Of a stretch of DNA of 64,000 bases, positions 28,100 to 36,991 are shown piece after piece. The stretch lies in the NCBI GenBank assembly GCA_964581115.1, contig CAZOMY010000001.1, forward strand, positions 325,190 through 389,189, given 5' to 3'. The position numbers and the translations under genes were made by a program. The DNA is from an uncultured Ignavibacteriaceae bacterium (lineage in GTDB: Bacteria > Bacteroidota > Ignavibacteria > UBA10030). The notes under the pieces are model-generated. The model was not told the DNA's origin and ran no database searches. It saw only the letters and a list, made by a program, of their open reading frames with translations. Within the stretch, counting starts at the first letter, position 1. The number at the start of each line of letters is the position of its first letter.

Positions 28100-30142
28100 C
28101 CGGTCGAAGACCATCGCCGCCGCTCCTAAGAGTCCGGCCTCTTCGATCATTGAGAAGACCAGCCGTACCCCCGCGCGCTGGACGCGCATGGTCCGTTCCG
28201 CGAACGCCTTTTGGAGAGCCGCACCGAACGCCTCCCCGCTCTTCAGCACGTTCCCTCCCACGACGACAACCTCCGGATTGAGGGCATTCACAAGCCCGGC
28301 CAGCGCCGTACCGAGCGCCGCTCCCCCCCTTGTGAGGACCTCCAGAGCCGCGCGGTCTCCTTCGCCTGCCAATACTCCAAGCGCCGTCGCCGACGCCTCA
28401 AGACCCGCTTCCCTAGCCATGCGAGCCAGACCGGAACCGGAGGCGTAGAGCTCGACGCATCCCACATTGCCGCAGGAACATCGAGGACCCCGAGCATCGA
28501 CGCTGATGTGGCCGATCTCTCCGGCGGCATTCGACGTGCCGCGTACGAGTCTGCCATTCACGATCAGTCCACCGCCGATCCCCGTGCCGACGTGGACGAC
28601 GATGGCATGCGATGCGGCCCGGAGCAGGCCGAATCGGGTCTCCGCGACCGCCGCACACTTCCCGTCGTGATCGACCCACGCCCGGAGCCCCGTCTCGCGT
28701 GCGAGTAACATCGCCAGCGGTACATCGTGCCATCCCTCCAGGAGCGCGGTCGAGTCCACAACCACACCATTCTCATGGTCCACGCGCCCGCCGGTGCTCA
28801 CCCCCACCCCGCGTGATCGGCGGCTTCCTGCCCGACCTATGGCGTGTCGCACCAATCCAAGCAGCGCCGCAATGATCTCCTCCCTCGAACCCGGCGTCCT
28901 GACCGATTCCCGCTCGAGCACCTCGCCCTGAAGTGTCACAAGCGCCGCGCGGAGTTGAGTGCCGCCGAGGTCGACCGCGATGGCCACGTCGGATTGCAGC
29001 TCCTGAGCGACATTCATAGCTTTGGGCCGGATGGGCGGTTTCAGACGATAGTCGCCCTTGACGAAGTGATAGATGTCCTCGTAGAATTCCCGCTCTTGCG
29101 CATCTTCGTGACGAAACATCTTCTTGAGCGAGCCGACACCGTGGAAGTGGGCGCATGCCGCGTCGAGCATGTATCCATACGTCACGCCTCCGTTGAGATA
29201 ATCGCGGAAGCGTGAGTGGCGTTCTCCGGTGATCGCGATCGGCTCATCCAACTCGAGATAGTACTCCATCTCGATGCCGGCATAGCGTTCCATCGCAGCG
29301 CGCGCCGCTCCCTCGATCGTCTTGCCCGACCGGTAGAACATGTAGTTCGGCTGGAGGAAGGCAAGGTCGAAGTAGTACGAGCGATAGTCGTCCAGCAAGT
29401 GGAGGTTGTACATCGCCCAGAAAGGGATCCAACTAGTGATCAGTCCGTGTTGATGGACGTGTGGTCGGAGCTCCTTCAACAGCCAGTGGTCGTCCACGTC
29501 CCAGCTGCGGTAGACGGACTCGAACATCCAATACACGCCGAGCAGATGGACATGACGGTGGCTTTGGGATCTCCATCGACGCACGATCTCATCGACGAAC
29601 CATCGTACCGCGGTCAGCCGTTGTTGTGTGGCCCTCATCAGGTTCTGGCCGCCGATGCCGAAATCGAGATCCGGTCCGTCCGGCGTCAGTCGACCCCAAG
29701 CACGCTGCGAGATGTGCGGATACGGCAACATGAGGATGACATTGCGCTTGCGGTCGGGGACCGTTCCGATCTCCTTTGCGCATGCTTCGATCGCGCGATC
29801 CAGCGTCTCCACCGCGCCCTCAGGACCCAGGTAGAACTCCAGCAACTCCTCCCAATCGCGCTTTGTGGCCGGACGTGGAGAGACCATGGCGAAGAAGTCC
29901 CCTTCGCCCGACATCGACGTGCCGAGATTCACGTCGGCGCAGAAATCACGCTGTTCGGCCGCCTTGACGTTCAGAAAGAGGAACGAATCGAACAGCCAAT
30001 CGTCCGACCGGCCGCTGGCGTCCTGATGCGCAACGTAGTAGCGCAGATCGTCGACAGTCCAGGGACGCTCGAAGCCTCCGTACATCAGCATCAGATGCCG
30101 GAGGTAATTCGTCGAAGGGTGCGATGGAGGGAAATAGGGCAT
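28082..30142 (-). CDS. Fusion protein: an uncharacterised ~390-aa N-terminal domain plus a C-terminal ROK-family sugar kinase (NanK/glucokinase-like)
   Basis: The C-terminal ~300 aa have the ROK signature (IAVDLGGTQLRAALV, GTGIGGGLIVNGRL, CSCGNVGCVELYASG). The N-terminal domain (MPYFPPS...HLLGVYWMFESVY...GIEMEYYLELD) was not assignable to a named family. The ATG at 30142 was verified. The 3' end overlaps the convergent nanE by 18 bp. Confidence 0.8.
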   Translation of the reverse strand: MPYFPPSHPSTNYLRHLMLMYGGFERPWTVDDLRYYVAHQDASGRSDDWLFDSFLFLNVKAAEQRDFCADVNLGTSMSGEGDFFAMVSPRPATKRDWEELLEFYLGPEGAVETLDRAIEACAKEIGTVPDRKRNVILMLPYPHISQRAWGRLTPDGPDLDFGIGGQNLMRATQQRLTAVRWFVDEIVRRWRSQSHRHVHLLGVYWMFESVYRSWDVDDHWLLKELRPHVHQHGLITSWIPFWAMYNLHLLDDYRSYYFDLAFLQPNYMFYRSGKTIEGAARAAMERYAGIEMEYYLELDEPIAITGERHSRFRDYLNGGVTYGYMLDAACAHFHGVGSLKKMFRHEDAQEREFYEDIYHFVKGDYRLKPPIRPKAMNVAQELQSDVAIAVDLGGTQLRAALVTLQGEVLERESVRTPGSREEIIAALLGLVRHAIGRAGSRRSRGVGVSTGGRVDHENGVVVDSTALLEGWHDVPLAMLLARETGLRAWVDHDGKCAAVAETRFGLLRAASHAIVVHVGTGIGGGLIVNGRLVRGTSNAAGEIGHISVDARGPRCSCGNVGCVELYASGSGLARMAREAGLEASATALGVLAGEGDRAALEVLTRGGAALGTALAGLVNALNPEVVVVGGNVLKSGEAFGAALQKAFAERTMRVQRAGVRLVFSMIEEAGLLGAAAMVFDRSAVER

Positions 30143-30159
30143 GCCATCATTTGAAAAAG

Positions 30160-30265
30160 CGTTTCACAGAGGTCCACAGAGGAACACAGAGATCCACAGA
30201 GAGCATCTCGTTTGAGTACTCGAGCAATGTTCGGTGGATCTCTGTGTGATCTCAGTGTAACGCTT
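30160..30265. repeat. Heptamer-built palindromic intergenic element A
   Basis: Four direct CACAGAG copies at 9-10 bp spacing (CACAGAGgtCCACAGAGgaaCACAGAGatCCACAGAGag) are followed by a 37-bp spacer. The perfect inverted copy GTGGATCTCTGTG (reverse complement of CACAGAGATCCAC) follows. Then come further CACTGAG-like units. Confidence 0.6.
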
Positions 30266-30272
30266 CATGGTG

Positions 30273-32459
30273 TCATTTTGCGGCGATCACGATGACTGCC
30301 GGTTCCGAGCCCGGATGGCCGTCCGACTCCGCCCGCACCAGCGTCAGGATCTGGTCCTTCGTCGCGACGCCGCACAGATCGACGATGCGATTCGAGATCA
30401 AAACGAAAACGTCGGGCGTGAGGCCTCCTGCGTCGCCGTACACCGTCGCCGACTCGACGAGCGCGCCTACGCGCGAACTCAATGACTGCACCGCGGCGGC
30501 CTCGACGATCGCGTTCGACAGCTTCAGCCGGATGACGCCGTCCGTTCCGACCACGCGCACCGGATGCCGCTCCATCGTCACCCAGCCGAACAACCTTGCC
30601 CGGCGGTAGACCCCCCGAAAGACGCGCAAGAATTCCGTCGAGCCGACGGCCTCGACGGGCTCAGCGCCCTGGCCCATCGACAGCCCGGCTATCCTTGCGA
30701 TCTCTTCGTCCGGAAGCCGGCTGCGGGCCAGATCGCGAGTTCGAAGTTCAGGCACACCTGTCGCAACGGCGATTAGGCGCTTCTGCTTGGTATCGACCTC
30801 GACACGGACGTCAATGGAATCGGCCGAGGCGCCCATTGCTGCGACCGACGCCGCCGCGTCAGCACGTATGCGCAGCAGATCCGCCTCGGTCGGTGAGATC
30901 ATGCTGCGTTCGACGGTGTCACGGATCATGCCGAGCGCCGCTCCGATGGCGGAGATCACTTCGGCGTGCGCCGTGATGGTGTACGGAAGTCCGGATTGTC
31001 GGGCCGATTCCGGAACGACGGCCTCCGCCCCTCCACCACCCCCCACCAACGACAGGAGCTCTCGGTCGAGTTCGTATTCGCGGATGAACTGCTCGACGAC
31101 ACGAGAGACCTTGCGAGCCGCCACCGCGAGGACCGTTGCGGCCCACGTCGACGGTTCCTGACGCACGAACGGACGCAGGATCTCGCCAAGCCGCTTCACC
31201 GACTCGGCATGTCCTCTGGCGTATCCGGTCGGCGTTCCGGTCAGGTTGAGGGCGTCGGTGGTCGTCACCGCCAGTGACGGCTTCCGTCCATCCTTCGGTA
31301 CCAGCACCGCGTAGTCGCCCGGATCACCCGGCCGGGGTTGAAGGCTCTGCGGTTCGACATCGGCCAGGTGCTGAGGATCGCTGAAACTCGGATAGTGCAG
31401 ACCCGCGATGTGGGCGCTGCGAGGGCCCACATCAACCACCGCGCCTTGCTTCCAACGAACCATCGACCCTCCGCCGATGCCGACGGTGCGAATGTCCAGC
31501 GTCTTGACAAACAGCCGGTGACCGCCAACCTCCGAGGTGCGGACCATCGGCCGTCCATTCTTGATAATAGAGATGTCGGTACTCGTGCCGCCGACCTCGA
31601 GGAACAGTCCGTCGGAGACCCGGGCGTACATGAGTGCCGCGGCCACGCCCGCTGCCGGTCCGGAGAGCATCGTGAGAATGGGACGCCGGCGCATCTCCTG
31701 AATATCCATGATGCCGCCGTCGCTGCGCATGATCATCAGGGGCGTGGTGATGCCCGCCCGGCGGACCGACTGTTCCGTCATGTTCGCCGCCTCGAGCATC
31801 TTCGGCAACATTGAGGCATTGATCACGGCCGTTCGCGTGCGTGCCCTCAATCCGTAAAGCTGAGAGATGTCCGATGCCGCGGTGACCAGAAGCCCTCTCG
31901 CCTGTAGCGCCTCAGCAGCCGCGTGCTCGCGTGACCGGTCATCCACACCGAACGCCTCGCTTACGACGAAGACCTCAGCACCCTCACCGCGCAATTCTTC
32001 CGCCGCCTGCACGATCGCTTCAGGCCGTACGCCGTCGGTGACATCGCAGTAACGGTGGAGCGTCTCGAGGAATTTGCCGGGGGCCAATTCGATGCGACCC
32101 ACCTTCGTCTGGCGACGTGCCACCCAGCCGTCGCCGCTTCGTCCAAGACCGATGATCCCGACGCGAGCCACGTCTCCTTCCAGAAGCGCGTTCGTCGCCT
32201 GGGTCGTGCTGTGGGCGATCAGCGACACGTCCGACGGCCGGATCTTCGACTTCCGGAGCAATTCCTGCATGACCTCCACCACACCCCGAGCCACCCCCTC
32301 TTTGGCGGCGTGCGTCGTTGGGACGACAGCCGTTCCAAGCAGCTTCAACGTCGATGCCTCGAGCGCGACGGCGTGCGTGAACGTGCCGCCGACGTCGATG
32401 CCGATCTTCACCTGGCGGCGAGTACGCCTTGCTTTCCTGTTGATGGGCCTGGAGGTCAT
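30273..32459 (-). CDS. Hydantoinase/oxoprolinase-family protein (Hydantoinase_A-like ATPase)
   Basis: ~729 aa. The N-terminal ASKHA motif is KIGIDVGGTFTHAV, and a second motif is LFLEVGGTSTDISII. The start was chosen at the verified ATG 32459 (MTSRPINRKARRTRRQVKIGIDVGGT). The ORF-track start at 32495 is a GTG lying inside repeat element B. Confidence 0.85.
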   Translation of the reverse strand: MTSRPINRKARRTRRQVKIGIDVGGTFTHAVALEASTLKLLGTAVVPTTHAAKEGVARGVVEVMQELLRKSKIRPSDVSLIAHSTTQATNALLEGDVARVGIIGLGRSGDGWVARRQTKVGRIELAPGKFLETLHRYCDVTDGVRPEAIVQAAEELRGEGAEVFVVSEAFGVDDRSREHAAAEALQARGLLVTAASDISQLYGLRARTRTAVINASMLPKMLEAANMTEQSVRRAGITTPLMIMRSDGGIMDIQEMRRRPILTMLSGPAAGVAAALMYARVSDGLFLEVGGTSTDISIIKNGRPMVRTSEVGGHRLFVKTLDIRTVGIGGGSMVRWKQGAVVDVGPRSAHIAGLHYPSFSDPQHLADVEPQSLQPRPGDPGDYAVLVPKDGRKPSLAVTTTDALNLTGTPTGYARGHAESVKRLGEILRPFVRQEPSTWAATVLAVAARKVSRVVEQFIREYELDRELLSLVGGGGGAEAVVPESARQSGLPYTITAHAEVISAIGAALGMIRDTVERSMISPTEADLLRIRADAAASVAAMGASADSIDVRVEVDTKQKRLIAVATGVPELRTRDLARSRLPDEEIARIAGLSMGQGAEPVEAVGSTEFLRVFRGVYRRARLFGWVTMERHPVRVVGTDGVIRLKLSNAIVEAAAVQSLSSRVGALVESATVYGDAGGLTPDVFVLISNRIVDLCGVATKDQILTLVRAESDGHPGSEPAVIVIAAK

Positions 32460-32469
32460 TGGAGGAGAA

Positions 32470-32560
32470 TTTGCCACAAAGAGCACAAAGGGCACAAAGA
32501 AGTGGGAATTAGGCGATAGTTCAACTTATGGCCTTTTGTGCTCTCTGTGTTCCTTGTGGC
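32470..32560. repeat. Heptamer-built palindromic intergenic element B (related to element A)
   Basis: CCACAAAGagCACAAAGggCACAAAGaagtgg is followed by a 28-bp spacer. Then comes GCCTTTTGTGCTCTCTGTGTTCCTTGTGGC, which is the reverse complement of GCCACAAGGaaCACAGAGagCACAAAAGGC. These are the same CACARAG heptamers at helical-turn spacing, arranged as an imperfect long palindrome. Confidence 0.6.
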
Positions 32561-32575
32561 CAAGCTTGTCTTGTG

Positions 32576-34063
32576 TCAGTAGAACAGCGCTCCGGCGATC
32601 GACAGCCCCAGCAATGCCGCCACCCAGGCATACGGCAGCGTGCGCCACATGATCTCGTTCACGTCGATGCGGACCTCGTTCGCCACCCAGACGTTCTGCG
32701 TATTGGTCGGGTCGCTGATACCCTGGATGAGGCCGAGCGACATGAGGATCCCCATCACCGCTCCGGCAGGAACTCCCGTCGCCAGCAGGATGCCACCGAC
32801 GCCATAGCCCAATCCCCAGACGTTCAGCGGACCGCGGTAAAGCGCCAAAGGTCCGAGGAGGGTGAAGAGCAGCACATAGCTCCAGCCGGACGACGGCACG
32901 ATCAACGAGAGCAACGGCTTCATGTCGGTCATGACCGGCCATTCAACGATCGCTCGGGCCGCCGCGTCGACATACCATGCACGACCGGGGCCTGTCGTGG
33001 TCGGCCCGAGGATGGCGCTCAACAGCATACCGATCCCGACCATCAACACCACAGCCGGTATGACGCTCGAGCTTCCTTCGATCATCGCGCGCGTCACCAT
33101 GTTGAGCGTGCCCCGCCGCAAGGTCACGATGATGCCGTAGACGAACGCCGCTATGAACGCCGCAATGAACGGAACGTCGAACATGAGGATCAAGATCAGC
33201 GGAACGAGCGGCGTAGCATACGCCCAAGCCGTGACCGATGAGACTGGACCGGAGGCACGGGTCCGGAATGCGCGTACGATCGACGACAATATCGCGTATC
33301 CCAACAGCGCGAGGATCGTCCATCGGAGCGGTGTCATGAGCCACGCTGTACCAATGTCGTTGAACGTCCATGCCAGCGCTGCCATGGCGACGCCGGTTCC
33401 GATCAGGCCCAGCACAGACGTACGGATCGTCCGAAATCGAACAGACCCACTCCGGAGCAACTCGAGGGTCAGAAATCCCACGGCAACGACCGCCGTTGTT
33501 CCGAAGAGGGCCATGGCATAAGACGACACCGCAGCGTCATCTAACCGCAGCACCGACCGATAGACCGCCCAGTTGTTCGCGTTCAGAAGTCCGCCAAGAC
33601 TGATGCCGACCAGCAGGACCCCGGCCGCCACGTGCTCACGTACGCCTAGCGACAGCAGGATCGGCAGGATCACCGCTCCGACCATGATCACTGCCCCGAG
33701 GCCGCCGATCGTAGTGAAGAGCAGCGTGACGATCGACAACATCACCAGCGCAACAAGCAACGGATTGTCGCCGGCAAACTCGGCCCCGCGCCGCACGATC
33801 TGTTCGGCCACGCCGGATCGCTGCAACAATTGGCTGACCATCCCGCCGAAGAAGGAGATGACCATCGGTTCGGTCAGTCGGAGGGCGCCGTCCGCGAGGA
33901 TGCCGGCGCTGACATCGGTCCACCCGAGGTGCCCGCTGGCGACCTGGACCAGCCCGATGCCAAAGGCCATCAGCGGAAGCGCCAGAACCGCCGGAAGCTT
34001 CCGGAGGAACATGAGCGTCGCGGCGGCGACAAAGATCAGCAAAATGAGGAAGGCGTTGAGCAT
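32576..34063 (-). CDS. Polytopic membrane permease (family unassigned; TctA/DctM/GntP-like size and topology)
   Basis: 495 aa, almost entirely hydrophobic, with ~12-14 TM segments and Gly-rich re-entrant-like stretches. The ATG at 34063 was verified. A family-level assignment was not possible by eye. Confidence 0.6.
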   Translation of the reverse strand: MLNAFLILLIFVAAATLMFLRKLPAVLALPLMAFGIGLVQVASGHLGWTDVSAGILADGALRLTEPMVISFFGGMVSQLLQRSGVAEQIVRRGAEFAGDNPLLVALVMLSIVTLLFTTIGGLGAVIMVGAVILPILLSLGVREHVAAGVLLVGISLGGLLNANNWAVYRSVLRLDDAAVSSYAMALFGTTAVVAVGFLTLELLRSGSVRFRTIRTSVLGLIGTGVAMAALAWTFNDIGTAWLMTPLRWTILALLGYAILSSIVRAFRTRASGPVSSVTAWAYATPLVPLILILMFDVPFIAAFIAAFVYGIIVTLRRGTLNMVTRAMIEGSSSVIPAVVLMVGIGMLLSAILGPTTTGPGRAWYVDAAARAIVEWPVMTDMKPLLSLIVPSSGWSYVLLFTLLGPLALYRGPLNVWGLGYGVGGILLATGVPAGAVMGILMSLGLIQGISDPTNTQNVWVANEVRIDVNEIMWRTLPYAWVAALLGLSIAGALFY

Positions 34064-34068
34064 GAACG

Positions 34069-35460
34069 TCAGAGGCGGGCGCCGCGCTTGATGAGTTCGG
34101 CGCGCAATCGAATGCCGTCAACCTTTCGGAAGGCCACGCCGTCCCTGATCGACATGGCCGAAGCCACCGCAGCCGCTTCGCCCATCGCCCGGCAATTCGA
34201 TTGCACCCGTATCGAGCTCTGCGCCTCGAACGAAGCCGAGAGACATCGTCCGGCCACTAGCAGTCCGTCTATGCCTACCGGAACAAGGCATCGATAGGGA
34301 ACCTCATGGTATTCTCCAGGAGGGAGCTTCGTCACGCCGTTGCGGGGGTCGTTCGGATCTCGATGGACGTCGAGCGGATAGTTGTTGCGAAGAACGCCGT
34401 CGGGGAACTTGGCGCCGGCGAGGACCTCTTCGGTCGTCAGGTAGTATTCCCCCCGGATCCGCCTCGATTCGCGCACCCCGACCATGGGCGCCGACAGGAC
34501 GAGATACGATCGTTCACATCCGGGGAGATACCGGCGGCAGAAGGAGACGTAGCGTTGAATGATCTCGCGACCTTTGATCTGGGCTTGAGTGAGATGATCG
34601 GGGTTCGTGCCGTCTACGTTCTCGCGGATCCGCGGGCAGTTAAAGGCCAGTTCGCCCGGCCGTCCGGCCATGCTGAACACCTGGAAGTAGTCCCCGTCGC
34701 GCTCAAGCAGGACACCCTCTTCCACCGCTTTGCGGAAGACCGGCTCGAGCGTCCAACCCTTTCCCCAGACCATCGCGGTGTGGATGAGCATCACATCGGT
34801 GCCTTCGGCATTCTCTATCACTTCATGCCGGCCGAGTGAGCGAAGGTATTGTGCGAACCGGGCCAGGTCGACGTTGCCAAGATGGAACCGCACTGAAAAC
34901 GGCTGGTTGCGTCCGGTCTCGGGGTCCCCCTGTTCAACCATGACCCCGGCCCGCGAAGCAACGTCCCCGTCGCCGGATGCATCGATCGTTCGTCGCGCCC
35001 TGATGAATCCCCTTCCGGCCTTGTTCAGTATGACAGAGCCGACGACAGATCCATCGTCCACGACCACGTCCTCAAACATTGTGTAGTACAGGATACGGGC
35101 CCCCATTTCGACGACCATTTGTTCGAGGGTGTACTTGAGCATCTCAGGGTTGAACCATCCTCGATTCCCGTCCTTCCAGACGCCCGACTCGCGCGCCGCG
35201 TTCATGCGCCGGTTGATCTCGAAGTCGATGCCGCCGTTGAGCGGCTCGCCATCGATCTGGTTGGGCATCATGGGGGTTACGAGCGCCCCCGTCTGTGTGC
35301 CGCCGAGGAAGCCCAGCTGTTCGACCACGAGTGTACGAAGGCCTTCGCGGCCGCCGGCGATCGCCGCGACCGCACCGGCCGTGCCGCCTCCGACGATCAG
35401 CAGGTCGACGTCCGCGACCGTCGGGATCGACTGCTCTTGGACTGAGCGCAACGAAAGCAT
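34069..35460 (-). CDS. FAD-dependent oxidoreductase (PF12831-like, GIDA-type fold)
   Basis: The N-terminal dinucleotide-binding motif is DLLIVGGGTAGAVAAIAGGREG, followed by a long FAD_oxidored-like body. The start was chosen at ATG 35460. Position 35463 is a TTG codon. Confidence 0.75.
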   Translation of the reverse strand: MLSLRSVQEQSIPTVADVDLLIVGGGTAGAVAAIAGGREGLRTLVVEQLGFLGGTQTGALVTPMMPNQIDGEPLNGGIDFEINRRMNAARESGVWKDGNRGWFNPEMLKYTLEQMVVEMGARILYYTMFEDVVVDDGSVVGSVILNKAGRGFIRARRTIDASGDGDVASRAGVMVEQGDPETGRNQPFSVRFHLGNVDLARFAQYLRSLGRHEVIENAEGTDVMLIHTAMVWGKGWTLEPVFRKAVEEGVLLERDGDYFQVFSMAGRPGELAFNCPRIRENVDGTNPDHLTQAQIKGREIIQRYVSFCRRYLPGCERSYLVLSAPMVGVRESRRIRGEYYLTTEEVLAGAKFPDGVLRNNYPLDVHRDPNDPRNGVTKLPPGEYHEVPYRCLVPVGIDGLLVAGRCLSASFEAQSSIRVQSNCRAMGEAAAVASAMSIRDGVAFRKVDGIRLRAELIKRGARL

Positions 35461-35540
35461 CAAACGATCCGTGGAGTGTGCGACGAGGTGAGACCATTGA
35501 ACGACCCGACAAGGTCGCCAAGGAACAGCCCAACATCAAC

Positions 35541-36260
35541 TCACAGCCGCGCGTGGAAGCCCATCCGGACGTCGAGCATCTGCAGGCCGCTGACGTTCTC
35601 CATGTCGAGCGCAAGCGCGGGCCAGAGCTCGCCGATGATCATCGTGTATCGCGCGCCAAGCGAGAACCAGAGGGGTTCAAACACCCGCACGCGCACGTCG
35701 GCGCCGAGGTCGAATCCGCCGCTCCATTCTTGCTGTCGGTTCTCCGGAACGTTCAGGATCGCCAGAGTCACGGGAGTTCCCAGCGAATCGGCAACGAGCG
35801 TCCCCCGAAAGGCGCCACGCAGGCTCGTCCAACGGTAGAAGCCGAATCCGAAGGCGCCATCGGCTTCGACGAACTCGCCGGCGAACAGTGGGAATGTCCC
35901 TGTCGCAAGCAGTCCGACCGCCTGTACCGAGACCTCAAGCCCGGTGAGCGGCAGGCCGAAGACCTGTTCGACCCCGGCGATCTCCTTCTTCCTCTTCAGC
36001 GCCAGGGCCTCGCGGTTCTCCTCCGTGAACGAGAGCCACTCCAGACGAGCCCCCCAACGAGGCTTGTCATCAGTGGCAGGCTGGACCAGAAGCGCACCCG
36101 ACCATCCGGGCTTGACACGATCGGATAAGCCACCAAGCGGAATGGCGATGCCGCCTTCGATGCCAACCACGGACGGCGACAAGATGATCTGGGCCCGTCC
36201 GTCAGGAGACGCCAGAGCGAGCCACAAGAGCGTGGCGAGGGACCTCAAGAAAGTCTTCAA
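35541..36260 (-). CDS. Small outer-membrane beta-barrel protein (hypothetical)
   Basis: It has a signal peptide (MKTFLRSLATLLWLALASPDGRAQ) and alternating amphipathic beta-strand patterning. The start is TTG and overlaps the upstream TGA (TTGA). It is the last gene of the co-directional operon. Confidence 0.5.
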   Translation of the reverse strand: MKTFLRSLATLLWLALASPDGRAQIILSPSVVGIEGGIAIPLGGLSDRVKPGWSGALLVQPATDDKPRWGARLEWLSFTEENREALALKRKKEIAGVEQVFGLPLTGLEVSVQAVGLLATGTFPLFAGEFVEADGAFGFGFYRWTSLRGAFRGTLVADSLGTPVTLAILNVPENRQQEWSGGFDLGADVRVRVFEPLWFSLGARYTMIIGELWPALALDMENVSGLQMLDVRMGFHARL

Positions 36261-36991
36261 TACAGAAACTCCAGTGCGATGCGGCCGGTGACAGAGCGGT
36301 CGAACGGCATCTCGTCAAAACCCATGGAGCCCTCGGTCGGAATGATCTGGACCAAGCGCCCCCCCGCTCGTATGCGCAACAACTCCGAGACCCTTACCGA
36401 TACGTCGAGCGATGCCATGGCGAAAAGAGGATTGCCCGCCTTTGGGTTCGAGAACTGTTCGAAGGTGTAGCCAAAGGTGTGGTCGACGGAAGCGAAGTAG
36501 CGCGTCCACGTCTCCTGCAGGTACAGTTTTCGCACAAAGAAAATCATGCCGCCTCCGATGGACGGCGTGACCGACACGCCCTCATCAGCGAACACCGGAT
36601 AGTGCAGTGCTACGGTGATCGGAAAGGCCTGCATACGCTGGATGGGCACGAGCGAGGCCGTGACGATCGAGGAATCCGGCCCGCGAACGATCGATTGTAC
36701 AAGACCGGCGTAGCGATCGTTCCAGAACGTCCAGTTCCATTTCTCCAGGGCACTGTCCTGATCGACCTCGTAGCGCTCATAGCCGAGACCGACCGAGATC
36801 GACAGATCACCAACCAGGCCGATGCGCACATCAACGCCGGCGCTCAGCCCGAAAGCATCGCGCACACGGATCCGCTCCGCGATCGAACGTGCATACCCGC
36901 CCGTGAACTGGACCGATTCCACCTGCGCGGCCGCGGTCATGACCATCAGGGCTGTCAGTGCCGCGCACGACGCCGAACGAAGGCTCTTCAT
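36257..36991 (-). CDS. Small outer-membrane beta-barrel protein (hypothetical)
   Basis: It has a signal peptide (MKSLRSASCAALTALMVMTAAAQ), beta-strand periodicity and a C-terminal aromatic residue (…ALEFLY). The verified ATG overlaps the upstream stop (ATGA). Confidence 0.55.
   Translation of the reverse strand: MKSLRSASCAALTALMVMTAAAQVESVQFTGGYARSIAERIRVRDAFGLSAGVDVRIGLVGDLSISVGLGYERYEVDQDSALEKWNWTFWNDRYAGLVQSIVRGPDSSIVTASLVPIQRMQAFPITVALHYPVFADEGVSVTPSIGGGMIFFVRKLYLQETWTRYFASVDHTFGYTFEQFSNPKAGNPLFAMASLDVSVRVSELLRIRAGGRLVQIIPTEGSMGFDEMPFDRSVTGRIALEFLY

Noticed and set aside
30205-30225. Apparent 16-bp palindrome ttgagtactcgagcaa in the spacer of repeat element A
   Set aside because: On checking the reverse complement it is not a true palindrome. 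It is only two adjacent 6-bp palindromes (AGTACT and CTCGAG) and is probably not significant by itself.
30160-32560. Possible CRISPR array suggested by the regularly spaced CACAGAG / CACAAAG repeats
   Set aside because: The units are only 7 nt with 2-3 nt spacers and are arranged as inverted arrays. There are no 28-37 nt repeats with unique spacers and no cas genes. They are reported as palindromic repeat elements instead.
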